From NCBI GenBank assembly GCA_964450015.1, contig CAYVEU010000002.1, positions 1 to 34,662 of the forward strand: a DNA stretch of 34,662 nt, given 5' to 3'. The stretch comes from an uncultured Christensenella sp. (lineage in GTDB: Bacteria; Bacillota; Clostridia; Christensenellales; DTU072). How positions within the stretch are numbered: position 1 is the first letter of the stretch; every line of letters begins with the position of its first letter. The notes beneath the pieces were generated by a model. The model ran no database searches. It saw only the letters and a program-made list of their open reading frames with translations, and was not told where the DNA came from. A program made the position numbers and the translations under genes. This document shows positions 15,401 to 24,100 of this stretch, piece by piece.

Positions 15401-18135
15401 TATCCGTGGAGAATTTCGTAGATTATCACATCGGCGGCAACAAAACGCAGCTTAGAAAAGATATATCCTCGTTTATAACCGAGATATTCGACTTGAACAG
15501 AGTGTTTGCGGGGCTCGACGATACCGTTTCGCACATGGCGTCGTACGACGACGACATAGCAAAAATTATAGAGGAAATGGTATTCGACAACGTAAATTCG
15601 ATAGAGAGATTCGACTCGACCGTCGCGCTTATCAGGAGCAATATCATGACTTCGGTGGACGTTTCCACTCAGTTGCAGTTGCTTATCGAACGCGCGGTGG
15701 AAAATTACGTCGACGGGATATATATGGAAAGCGCCGTCGCGCGCGAGATAAAGAAAGTTCAGGCGCTCAACTTATCCGAGAGCGAAGACGGATACTACGT
15801 TATTGACCCGTATTACGAATACAGGATAGTGCCGACTAAATTAATAGTCAACTTTGCGGAGAACGGCGGCGGCTTTGCCTACACGTTTACCGCGCGCTGG
15901 ACGGTCGACGCAGTATCCGACTCCGTTAATTATTCGGGCAACAGGCGCAACGACTTGTACGGCTACGTCTATACCTATTATGAAGCGAGCCAAACTTACG
16001 GTTGCACCACGGAAGACGATTTAGACAAGCTTTTGATCGGCAAAGTAAGCGAAGCGAGCGAAACTTACAGCGGCAATACGAAATATTTATACGGACTTTT
16101 GGTTGACGCGTTCAAGGCGGTCGAGTGGATCAAAGACGACGCGGGCAACACCGGCTACGTCGCGACCTGGCAGTCAGTCAAGGATAAAAACGAGTCTTCC
16201 GAGGCGTATTCGACGTTGCTCATATTGGAAACGCTGGTCGACTTCTTCTACGACAACGTTACGGCGGACAACCGCGCGGAACTTATCATGAAGCTCTACC
16301 TCTACTACCTTGCGGGCAACGTGCTTGTCAATACGGACGACGAAACGCTCGCGGGGAAGGGCATAGATTGCGCCAAATTGCGTAGAGATTACGACAAATA
16401 CCGCTTAAACGAGGTTACGGCGTCGCTGTTTAACACGAACACGCAGGAAAATCAAACGGTTTCGCTGATAATCGAAGTCAAAAATCAATCCAAACCTTCC
16501 TACGAGCTCGTGCTCAAAAATTCGAACGGGGATACGGTACCCGACAAAATAATAAACATCGAAAATCCGTTCGACGATCTTATAGAAGACAAGCTTCCGC
16601 AGTACGCGGAAATCGACGGGGAGTTGCTGCCGATAATATGGAACAGCGTGTCCGTAACGCCTCTCGGCAACCTAAATTCGGACAACCACACCGTTCGCGG
16701 CAATATCCACAACGCAAACGGACAGGAAGTAACGCTCGAACTGTACGTCGCGCGTTGGGAGTACGCAGGCGTATACAGCGACGGCAAACTCAAAAGCCCG
16801 ATGAACTTCTTTTTCAGCAATTCGCTGAGTTATTCGGCGGAAGAGAGCTACGAAATTAGATTCAAGGTCTATACCTACGGTTCCGACGAGGTTCAGTACA
16901 AGAGTTTGGAATTCTATCCCGAGGACAGCGAGGCGCTCGTAGACGATACCGACGACGAGTCGATGCAGGAGAGAAGAGCCAGAAGACGGCACGTTATTTA
17001 CTGGGACGCGTCCGCAAGGAACAGAGTTTTGGCAAATATGACTTCGGGGATAGAGGGCGACGTCGAAATAGGCAACGACAGCATAGGTCAGTTCCGTTTG
17101 ACGGCAATTGCCGGCGGAGGCAACGACAATATCCCGAGCCGCGCGAAGTACAACTACGACGGAATAGACGTAAACAGTTTGGCGCTCGTAGAACTTCTCG
17201 AAGACGGCGAACTCAAATGGCAATACGGCAAGAGCGGCGAAGTTACGATAGCCGTCGACCCGTACGAAACGCTGCCCGAAACGGGGAATATACGCCTTAA
17301 TATAAGCAATATTAAGTACGATATGAACGAAATCGAAGTAAGACTTTTGTGGAACAGCAGTTATTCGACCGCAATCTACAAGCTGAAAGACTTCGTTGCG
17401 ACTATGATACCCGACGTAGAAACGGCGGCAAGAGAGCAGTATGCTGTCAGTATACTTATGGATTGGAACAAGCGTAGCGACGAAGAGAACGCGGACTTAC
17501 TTGCAAAGGCGAAAGAGTACGTCAACGACCGCAATTTGGGCGAGCCGTACACGCCCGATCAGCTCACTCGCGAGGCTGAGCAGCTTCTCATGATAAACGA
17601 GCGGTTCGATTATTCGAGCAGGACGAACGTTTCCAAGCTGAAAGGCGGAGCGAGCGGAGGACAGAGCGTAACCGTGCTGGTAAGGTACAAAGGAAGCGAA
17701 TATATCTACGAAAAGACCATGCTCGTAAGGATGTTGTTTGCAGACTATTCGCCGATACGGTATTACCATGCGGACGCGTCGAGCGATTACGCACCCATAG
17801 GCAGCGTCACCGAAAACGGTGCGCCGAAAGAGCTTTATATAGAAGTTAAAACCGAATACTGGCTGGAAGACGAGAAAAAACCGAATTACAGCGTTTCCAA
17901 TCCGTACGTCGGAATAAACGATAAAAAGGCGTATACGATGCTGGAAGAAGTTATGAAAAAGGACAACAAGGCGGAAAGCCAAATAAAAGACGGCAAGAAG
18001 CTTATTAAGGTTACGGGAATAGAATACGAAGACAGCGCGAACTTGGGCGTGCTCTACTCGAAGTCGTTCGTAATAGACGGCGTAAGGTACGAGTCGGGCT
18101 TGATAGGTTTGCCCGTAATCAACGGAGGTAATTAA
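6433..18135 (+). CDS. Giant lipoprotein A (3900 aa), putative cell-surface Ig-like repeat protein
   Basis: Uninterrupted 11.7-kb ORF. The ATG at 6433 follows a GGAGGA RBS and gives the signal peptide MNKGRFGKVLILIAALLLCALVFSA-C (lipobox, Cys26). Acidic, Tyr/Asp/Asn-rich, with recurring DP[YL]..LP..W units and no C-terminal anchor. Confidence 0.9.
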   Translation: MNKGRFGKVLILIAALLLCALVFSACELSDPDRGNKYYINDNEFNKVNNVSSEDKNSAINHVTDGITNLRKYLDSDVVSSTGYYMGLEFNVDTLDPDTDEGGNFRLKIQAHLFTFKYENDDGTPVNRFYDESDGQIYDEQKYDENGKPTRLTAEEYHNKLIKKSDILIEWYNGTTNEMLIGFYFDGQNDGAEDDGNVLYLNLQGAKRSFDKFGDTVLYRQLIRLLMNLSVEKLLTAGNLQGDAGVGSLQNIFQMAVRDTGYKVVINGDVWSTLFERLNGTDMLAPNFTDIIQGLFSPFGNKIDPFTSKYLGFAFSVVGSAVIQSLASDMQFFTGPDPVASTEIMTGAYMAFSGTALSDERVYNYVSDISFDYGLYPPDDMKLDRDFYVPYEYGQYEFTGNLYIPLINSNFDALIRTDMQQYDNSTNNVFMEFRDIANGELMIGAYYRNERSYIDISGLEYLYGWIDLNELGFPKVYDESLNLAELLASMFKGINDGIVSIVDSILSPNSNDKENHLLEYIMANITPHFKDPNDVFTYNGETLLVDMQLIKDFLRETGNGTYTTRQIINNLDSMLPYTMDQIAIMLGVPSAEVMLDNSYFNITWNVDTNEIIIELFTNVGVKEGESSTLIFQLSLIPVVVGQKVNIANINFEPFKPLQDIYTYSATMDGNFYFSAAETVDLSKLLSATIAENSGLNTQYQLESNAGLTFELVYDQFVKDPPDYTGKNRAGRSAFELNVWLIVNENKQIATSGDYADNWTKSGLVISLASDDVAFNNEVYNDPTRVGELGYVWVSIECLTEKGVQKIPKVKIREDHFMSSMHAYFNGTSISDDAAELGNTDVNLSITSILFALIEDSYVVMEPEQMEITSSNETLQNLFKVKGLIGNIRANAGFRQRVSGLENIKNEYGMYQVGQFEDMESPNPYVTVLHDTIPVYFYDDYSELYHFLDYDFRVDPITGVIQMYRKGGQVEIAREDPIQYAGDSFYNNEDDNNQDVSQVKFRIQKLPFIYMVGEKYCYIDYEGNEVVIDEASGYLEHAIQVDGSVITYVKYAGLRDKVYWLGGTKYCYFDESFALTDEKGDYVYLLPRSERDMLFEYDLLSIEITKDCKEQYAPRINGSFMGEIRRYILRMTDAGYSVTLGSIIELVNADVDENGTGRFYCDEDRENKIQIYDEDGVLIGEPDAPIGLYVMEPSEPLADMIDVNMQVGGAEAVLALPAAFDIDWDSVTLKGLMTVTEVTVAPGTMGEATFPVRIIVTNREISKIDVTTVFTENSEKMTQDVPVVDAIDVDPYDFILAKNEFFMDIRNFNPENYSRDNGEYLTAFRAKEKEFINLFFSNKRFTINFDYENSNLALQNVKEEYWAKSFDNIADKELFDWNFDAYEGGNNLESMITTDGVVLYLHTYFRGQLIALRVNFQRRKLVLVHFGENDTFGVDKNGNIDPSVEEVNAGLDPSDAGYIFGQYVANYFDEETYTLPDLSDVTRIDNLIFIFLDENGRYVEKRFDFSYINGLKDNGNYNSEHYVLTWGDPVIKHIGSNGSYHYKKYIPGYYKTERQDGEGNTYVTVDGVEYKVVEFTDDETGATAEYLGDADTGERVLFNRPFDEWVGLRDENGTVIEEYDPIEEVDTDVTSTSINWIDVFAIYKNAGDDDDIKINLISGDSTYSGFMSSIIRITVKCPPLQVALSEKSEYDTLSGEFFTPSLVQIGSNTKGYYDIDPLVESTKEIPTTATIDFKNVNNTGAGISRHTFTNIKWYARFVTEEVGEGDDAKEIFTGRYDNAKGEVILKEIDGRYYFNTEDISLDKPFMTQIVARIGSATSGYQQITLCINILSKEPQHVDFYTGTTNNAKKIDSIERTDINLKSDGDRATAFAFYTYYVNTFDNFALPDFVRATLGSGDTKRTMDFNVQWRLADAAQSLLFAPNSIMNLIATIGDEDTLDVYLSVVVANYTIYEMSIMGDVGKAYVRVGNDGDLVRISDLLQYNVANGKSVGLYLVGGGVTDGYIRISTGKEGVDGDVPAGMIGLYEDERGEQLIKTVYPYDFIKEVYGRLSLNFNTIDENGNVANGGKPVDLLNLDEYYAIFVTARGSEKRVDIKDAVSIGYTYNVNNARNELNITFLYVEDGTEYYPKTEDGLVELNKTGGGATLRMTVNELAIHYAYATLGKDFANVDYYETALGVVSGENKPINWVRNGDGEYVICPIGSDEPIEGIEKVYFADGTVATYREVLWQKEFREAHRKTDFYVLATEKTMGIDNLEGIFYINDVIDRDGSNYQLIMGTGRGSYDINVRLHFIGGYKMLKDTDESNEIFVYPYSAGGLAQYGTDGYVMSEEISTRLEVENQGNYETKDMDYGLAYVGSDLLQRWYVEDLNGKLFNGDGAEINVGDFITVVPQSVVYSLNYGELTVSTLTKEGFRIRRKLIFSGRAEEVTSFHSMSGSASLVVTSGKIRIRDIYDYVPLRNYFANTAMLPASVSVKLGGGQPAITVNGVQWVIDDDWRSRVTDRMTFQGTQDSEFIMATAQVLGWDEITEEGLVKHDTITLKLRIEIDSAEAGSLPWSGGRLNLDTTPIKKAVEAGAQPTTVFAVEVDAFNDMSSSAVRNDTFVLPTTVSIQYKNGIIHTFDLEQMGVNFTYGGVPVTSIPYNIRGIDLDALVSEYPALRSVERDLITLTLDVGLQQNMVFEFRFYDKTVESVTPLIELGDKQIRETISTAMSAVSARKVNAVVDSINRTRIRANLEEIVKQATAMRDCVYKNYPYPTAAEIAARIGNVDTASAEMVADMLKGGWLALEPYEDDDGMAIESVDKNNVKTNVYREKSLYNFILAIAKDTVERLSADYGASVLRALKGGDGLNAATYQLENYKNQVQNEVFNTALGNYLKVELTALFEKDVLKMSGEQFAYTSAYKNAVEAAFDYDSVIREIYRIRELTGCGIYNPNGAKAAYIKLIEDALEAAKAAAKRSVSCSAAITTVVDGIIDKRLGKNAEAGGIFTNDDYTVSVENFVDYHIGGNKTQLRKDISSFITEIFDLNRVFAGLDDTVSHMASYDDDIAKIIEEMVFDNVNSIERFDSTVALIRSNIMTSVDVSTQLQLLIERAVENYVDGIYMESAVAREIKKVQALNLSESEDGYYVIDPYYEYRIVPTKLIVNFAENGGGFAYTFTARWTVDAVSDSVNYSGNRRNDLYGYVYTYYEASQTYGCTTEDDLDKLLIGKVSEASETYSGNTKYLYGLLVDAFKAVEWIKDDAGNTGYVATWQSVKDKNESSEAYSTLLILETLVDFFYDNVTADNRAELIMKLYLYYLAGNVLVNTDDETLAGKGIDCAKLRRDYDKYRLNEVTASLFNTNTQENQTVSLIIEVKNQSKPSYELVLKNSNGDTVPDKIINIENPFDDLIEDKLPQYAEIDGELLPIIWNSVSVTPLGNLNSDNHTVRGNIHNANGQEVTLELYVARWEYAGVYSDGKLKSPMNFFFSNSLSYSAEESYEIRFKVYTYGSDEVQYKSLEFYPEDSEALVDDTDDESMQERRARRRHVIYWDASARNRVLANMTSGIEGDVEIGNDSIGQFRLTAIAGGGNDNIPSRAKYNYDGIDVNSLALVELLEDGELKWQYGKSGEVTIAVDPYETLPETGNIRLNISNIKYDMNEIEVRLLWNSSYSTAIYKLKDFVATMIPDVETAAREQYAVSILMDWNKRSDEENADLLAKAKEYVNDRNLGEPYTPDQLTREAEQLLMINERFDYSSRTNVSKLKGGASGGQSVTVLVRYKGSEYIYEKTMLVRMLFADYSPIRYYHADASSDYAPIGSVTENGAPKELYIEVKTEYWLEDEKKPNYSVSNPYVGINDKKAYTMLEEVMKKDNKAESQIKDGKKLIKVTGIEYEDSANLGVLYSKSFVIDGVRYESGLIGLPVINGGN

Positions 18136-18137
18136 TA

Positions 18138-21100
18138 ATGAATAAACGGCGATTGCTTATCCTTATATGTATATTGCTTGCGGTGACCTTACTGGTCACG
18201 ATGGTTGCGTGCAAAAATACAACCGATGACGAAATACCGGAAGATCCGATAGAAACTCCCGATAAAGTCAAGCTCAGCACCACGCAAGCGCTCGATAAGG
18301 TATACAACGGTTTGATAGCCGGAGGAAACGCCATGGACGAAATGCCCGCTTACGGCGTGGAAAACGTCTTCGGGATAAACATGCGCTATATAAATTATGA
18401 GTTTACCTATAAAGCAAACTATCGCGCAAACGCCGCGGACAGCGAAATATATCTGGGGCTGTTTGACGTAAACGCCAATATCTACCGTTTTGAGGCGTAC
18501 TATAACGCCAAGGATTTATACTACCGCGCGACGGAGAAAACTCACGTCATCTCGAATTTCAGTTCCACTATGATGTTCGGGACGTTCTACGACGCTTGCC
18601 GAAAGATAGATATGTCCAAAAACTTCTTCGGCGACGAGATAGGGCAGATTTTCAACACCAACAGCGGCAGCGTAAACTTGGGAATTTTGCTCGGCGAGCA
18701 AGCGATTACCTACAACAAAGCGGGCGAAGGGCGCGAGTACGTAGAGTTCTCCAATTTGGACTTGACGATATTAAACAGCAGTATTACGCTCTTTATGAAC
18801 AGAACTTTCGGGGATATAGGCAATAAATTCGACCTTATCACCCAAAAGTATTTGAATTTCAAGCTGAGCAACGTCGTAAGCAGCCGCACCGAGCAAATTC
18901 ACGCAAAGAGTTTAGGTTTCGGCATAAGCGCGAACACTGCCACGGATACGCATTGGCAGCTTACCGGCAGAATGACCGACGCGGAAAAGAGCAGTTTTTC
19001 CGTTAAAGCGGATTTAAGCTACGTCGAGGGCAAGCAAAATATTTCCGAGTCCTCTAAGTTTTCCAAACTGACGAGCGAGGAAGCGACTTTGGGTAAAAAC
19101 CGCTTTACGGGCAGCATGCTCGTGCCGATGGCAAGCGACTTGCCGTTTGACGCGGAACTTATAACCAACATAAATTCCAAAGACAACAAGGTCAACGAAG
19201 CGAAATTGACCATAACCGACGCAACGGGCGTCAATTTCCTTGCCGGATACTACAAAGACGGACAGGCGTTTTTGGACGCGACGGGCTTTACCGACTGGAT
19301 AGACGGCGCGATAGACCTCGCGGCGTTGAAATTCCCCAAAATCTACGAGGAAAACGTAGACGTTACCAAACTCATTTCCGCCGGTTACATCAATTTAACG
19401 AAAATTATCGAAATGTTCATAGACAACGGTTTGGGCGCGACTATCGACAAGAACCTATATAATAAGGTTGTGGAAAACCTGACCGACGACGGCGTGAACA
19501 CGATTTACTATACGGTGACCGAAGAACTGATTCAGGCAATCACGGGCGACGACACGCCGCTTATGACTACGGTTGCGAAATTTTTGAACGTGGACGAAAC
19601 CACACTGTCGGCGTTTATCGGCGAGGACTTTTTCTCCTCGGCTAAGCTGATAATAGGCTACAATCTCGACACGGGTGAGCTTACCCTATCCTTATATAAA
19701 GGGGATACGGCGATATTCTTGGCTTCGTTTTTCAGAGAGGAATATAACGGCGTTACCTTCCCGTCCGACGTGTATGCGGGCAGTTTGGCGTATTCAAAAC
19801 TTGCCATGCCCGATACGATAACCATGGAGATACGGGCTGACTTGAATTTGGGCAACGAAAAGCAGTCGACCGATATAAGCCGCGCGCTGGGCGTTATGAT
19901 AGGGGATACGACGGGCAAAAACACCGCGGGAATTTTGACGAAGACGGAAACGCTCTCTATACGGGGCGAAGTGAGCGAAAGGTTTGTGACGGGAGAGGAC
20001 GGCAGAATCGCCACCGTAAACACGGTCGCTATCAAACTCTACAAGACCGTCAATTCCGTCGAAACGTTGATACTGTCGATACGGAGCAACCCCGACAACG
20101 ACAATCAACTCTTTATAGACTACTATTTGCCGTTGGGAAAATACGGAAAAGTCGGCGCCGAGCCCGTTTCTTACCGCATAAACAAGCAGGTAATAAAGGA
20201 CGGATTCGACGAGATTTTGGGCGAGGATAACGTTTTTTCCGAAAGCAATATCTTTACTATACTGACCACGGTCCTTTCTGCCGACGGAATAAGTTCGATA
20301 ACCAAACAAGAGGGCTGGTTCGGATTCAGCTTGGTAGTATCATCTCAAAACGACCCTGTCTACGAAATTCTCGGGATAGAGGACACCACCGCGACGGTAA
20401 AAGCGAGAATATTCTTCTCGCCTATCGAACAAGAGGAAATAGAGAGAAGATACTTGGAACCCGTCGTGATAACGCCGGATTCGAGAGGCGTCGTTTCTAT
20501 ATACAGCGACGGCTCGGCGTGGGTCGACGAAATAGACGTGTACTTCGGCGAAACGCGTATAGTATTCGAACCTACGTACGTCGAAGACAGCGTAAAAGTA
20601 ATAACCGACAAAGCGGTATACACGCCGCAGGCGTTCCTTTTCGGCAAGGAAATAACCTACACCGTGACGATTTTGACGAATAACGGAACGTATAAAATAG
20701 AGTCGCTTGCGGACAACAAAATAATAATAGACCCCGCGTTTACGGACAAATTGCCGACAAGTATCGCGGTGGTTTACGACAACGGCGAACGCGGCGAGCT
20801 TGCGTGTACGGTCGAAGACTTTTTCGAGGGCAATATAACTATCGCGGGCTACAACCTTGCGGGCTTCGACGGCGATTTCGAAAGATGCGCGAAAAGCAGA
20901 GTCGTCATCGGCAAAAACAGCATTATGAACGTGGAATTCGAAGTCTACGTTTTGGTTCACGACAGGAGCGTAATACCCGCAAAAGACGCAAACGGCAACG
21001 ATTTGTACGACAAGGGCGTGCCGATTATCGCGACCGTCGAGATAGATCCGTATACTTACGCGATGCGCTCCGGCTACAATCCGCTCGTCGAGGGCTTAAA

Positions 21101-24100
21101 AGACGTCGACTTGTTATTTAACGGAGTCTACGGCTCGGAAGAAGTCGAAGAAGACGGCGAAACCGTGACTAAAATTCTCTCCTACGATATAGTCGGCTAC
21201 AACCGTTTCCCGCTAAACGAACTCAACTTGGATTGGGATTACGACTTTGAAAAAATAAGTTATCACGGCAATTTGAGTTACGCCCGCGCGTATTACGGCA
21301 GCGTGGCGGTCGCCGTAAAGGTGTCGGTGGCGGCACAGGAAGTCGATTACGTGAGAATCGACGACGTTTCCGACCCGCAAAATCCGATTTTGGGAACGAA
21401 CGGAAGATACACCATCGACCCGCTTATAAAAGAAACCTACGTTATCCCGTCTACGACGGAGGGGGCATACAGGGTAGTATTGGTGTTCAAGAACGGCGAC
21501 GACGACCTATTAAGCGTCAAAAAAGAGAGGATATTGAGCGTTGTCAAACCGATGGGAATAAGCGACGACGAGTATTACGAAAACTATCTTTCCGTACGCT
21601 TGAATTGGGCGGGCGCGAGCAGGCTTGCCGACGATACCGTCAATAAGACCATTATAAAACTGGACAGGGCGACGACCGACTTGTTCGGAAACGGCAACGA
21701 CACGACGGCGAGCTTCGGCGCGGAACTCGGAATGGACGAACAGATAATAAATCTTACGGTAGACGCGCCGTCGAGATACCAAAGCCCGAGCAGCGACGGC
21801 GGCAAGCAGGTACACGCGGCGGCAAGTTGCACGATAATCGGCGGCGAACCCGACTACGGCGATACGAAAACCGAATGGATAAGCGACGCGTATTTCCCCG
21901 CTTCCGACGGCAAAGTATACAAGGCGTTCGAACCGTACGAAATAAATCCCTACGACACGGCGGCAAGACTTCCGCAAAAAATCTATCTGAACGTTTACAG
22001 AACGTCTGCGACCAACAGAGACAAACAGTATAAGCTCTACGACGTAAGATGGGTGACGACCGACTCCGACGGCAACGAATTAAACCTTATAGAATTAAAG
22101 GAAGACGGTCGTTACGGACTTAAAAATCCCGTAACGTACGAACAGGATATGTTCGTCTACGGCAAAGTCGGCAACAGAGGCGACGAAAAGGGCGATTACG
22201 TTTGGATAATCGCAACCGTAAGAAACCTTCAATCATTGGCGACCGACGTAATTTACGAGGGGCTTAGCGCGGGACAAACGGTCATAGAAATAGACCCGTA
22301 CAAAGAATATCGCCTGCCGACCGGCTTCACCGCGATATTGGAGAGCGGAAACAAGATTACCGAAACCGATATAATTTGGTATATCCACGACAAGTCGACA
22401 GCCGACATCGACGACAATTGGTATCCCCAAATCAATATTAATGGAATCCAAAGCAGGTATTACGACAAAAACGGCAATTACGTTTTCGACCGCAAGGGCG
22501 GCTACTACGAGATAAGATATATCATAGAGGGTTCGTCGGAAGTTATCAGGCAAACCATCTCGCTTGACGTCGTCGTTTCGGGAAGGACGGTAGAGAGCGA
22601 CAAGATACGTATATTCGATTCCCAAGGGAGCGATCAGCCGACCACGGGCGTTAAGGACATAAATATTTACGATATATCGAGCAGTGAACTGCTGTCGAGG
22701 TTGGAAGAGTTGTTGGACGAAAATTCCACCGTCGGAGTTACATTCAACGAGGTGCGCGAAGGCAGTACGTACGGCATGTACGACTTGCACGTCGACTGGT
22801 TGAGAGCGGAAAAGGGCGACGCTAATTACAAGCACAGCATAGATTATCTCATGAGTATGCTGAAAACGCCGATGACGAGGAACACGGAAACGAGCGATTT
22901 GTCGATGGTGCTGTACGGCGACATAGGCAAAGGCACGGTGAACGAGCAAAGTTTGATGATAACGTTCGAATTGGCATTCCGCGCTATCAAGAACTTGAAA
23001 TTCAACCGCTGGGAACCTGCCGTAAGAGAGAACGGCGCGGTCGCTATCGACGAGGCGATGGCGGGAACGGTAACCGTAGATTTCGCGACGTGGGAGAGCA
23101 AAAAACTTACGGTACGGCTCAATAAGCCGTTCGCGCTTACTATCCCCGTGCAAGGCGGGCGCGTATATGCTTCCGCTTACGAATATTTGGCATATCTATT
23201 CGAGCAGGTGACGGTCGAGTTTACCAACGGCATTATCTCCGTTATCCGCCCCGAGATAGAAAAAACGACTTTTGTCGAAGAGACGGTCAACGAAACGCTA
23301 TTGAAAAACGGCTTTTCGATGGAGCTTAGGCTGAACAAACTCAGCGAGGGTTCGGCGATAGACGTCATTACCGTGGAAGTAATATCGGTAAAGGACGAGT
23401 TGAAGAACAGTTACGACTACGTCACGGCAGACCCGTACAAGGCGGTCGACTTGGAAACGGGCGAACTGGGCGGAGAGCGTTATTCCGACGGTTACAATTT
23501 GGACGGTTATTTCGACGTCGAATACGAGATAAGCGGCGTTGTCCGCTATACCGTCAAAGACGGCAAATGGAACGTCGGCGCAAACTCCAAGAGGTTCTTT
23601 GCCGAAAACACGGTGTCCAAGATAGACGCAAGTCTTATAAACGTTTTGGGTGACTTCAACGGCGTGCCAAAGGATTATCCGCAAGCGATAGAGTATTATT
23701 TCGAATATCCAATACCGTGGATAGACGTAACGTTTATAAGAACGATACGTATACCGCGCAAGAATATTAGGGAAGTTTATTACGACGCATACGCCGACGA
23801 CGGGCAGTACGATATAAAGAACGGCGTTATAAACGTTTTCAATCCGTACTCGTATTTCCGCGAGGGCTTGCCCGACGGCTACGGTATCGACATAACCAAA
23901 TTGCCCAACGAGATCTTGGCGCAAAAGACAGATTATTACGACACCGACAGGCAGGTAAGAAGCCATTACGTCAGCTGGACGATAAACGATATTTTCAAAG
24001 TCGCGGACTTCGAGGCGCGTTTCGAGACCGGCATAGAAGTGGAATTTGACGAAGACGGGTATCCGCTTGCGCAAGCGGCAAGCAGTATCAACGCGAAAAA

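Noticed and set aside
18119-18140. A and B as one frameshifted or read-through ~9300-aa gene
   Set aside because: B has its own RBS, signal peptide and lipobox, and its N-terminus is homologous to the N-terminus of A.
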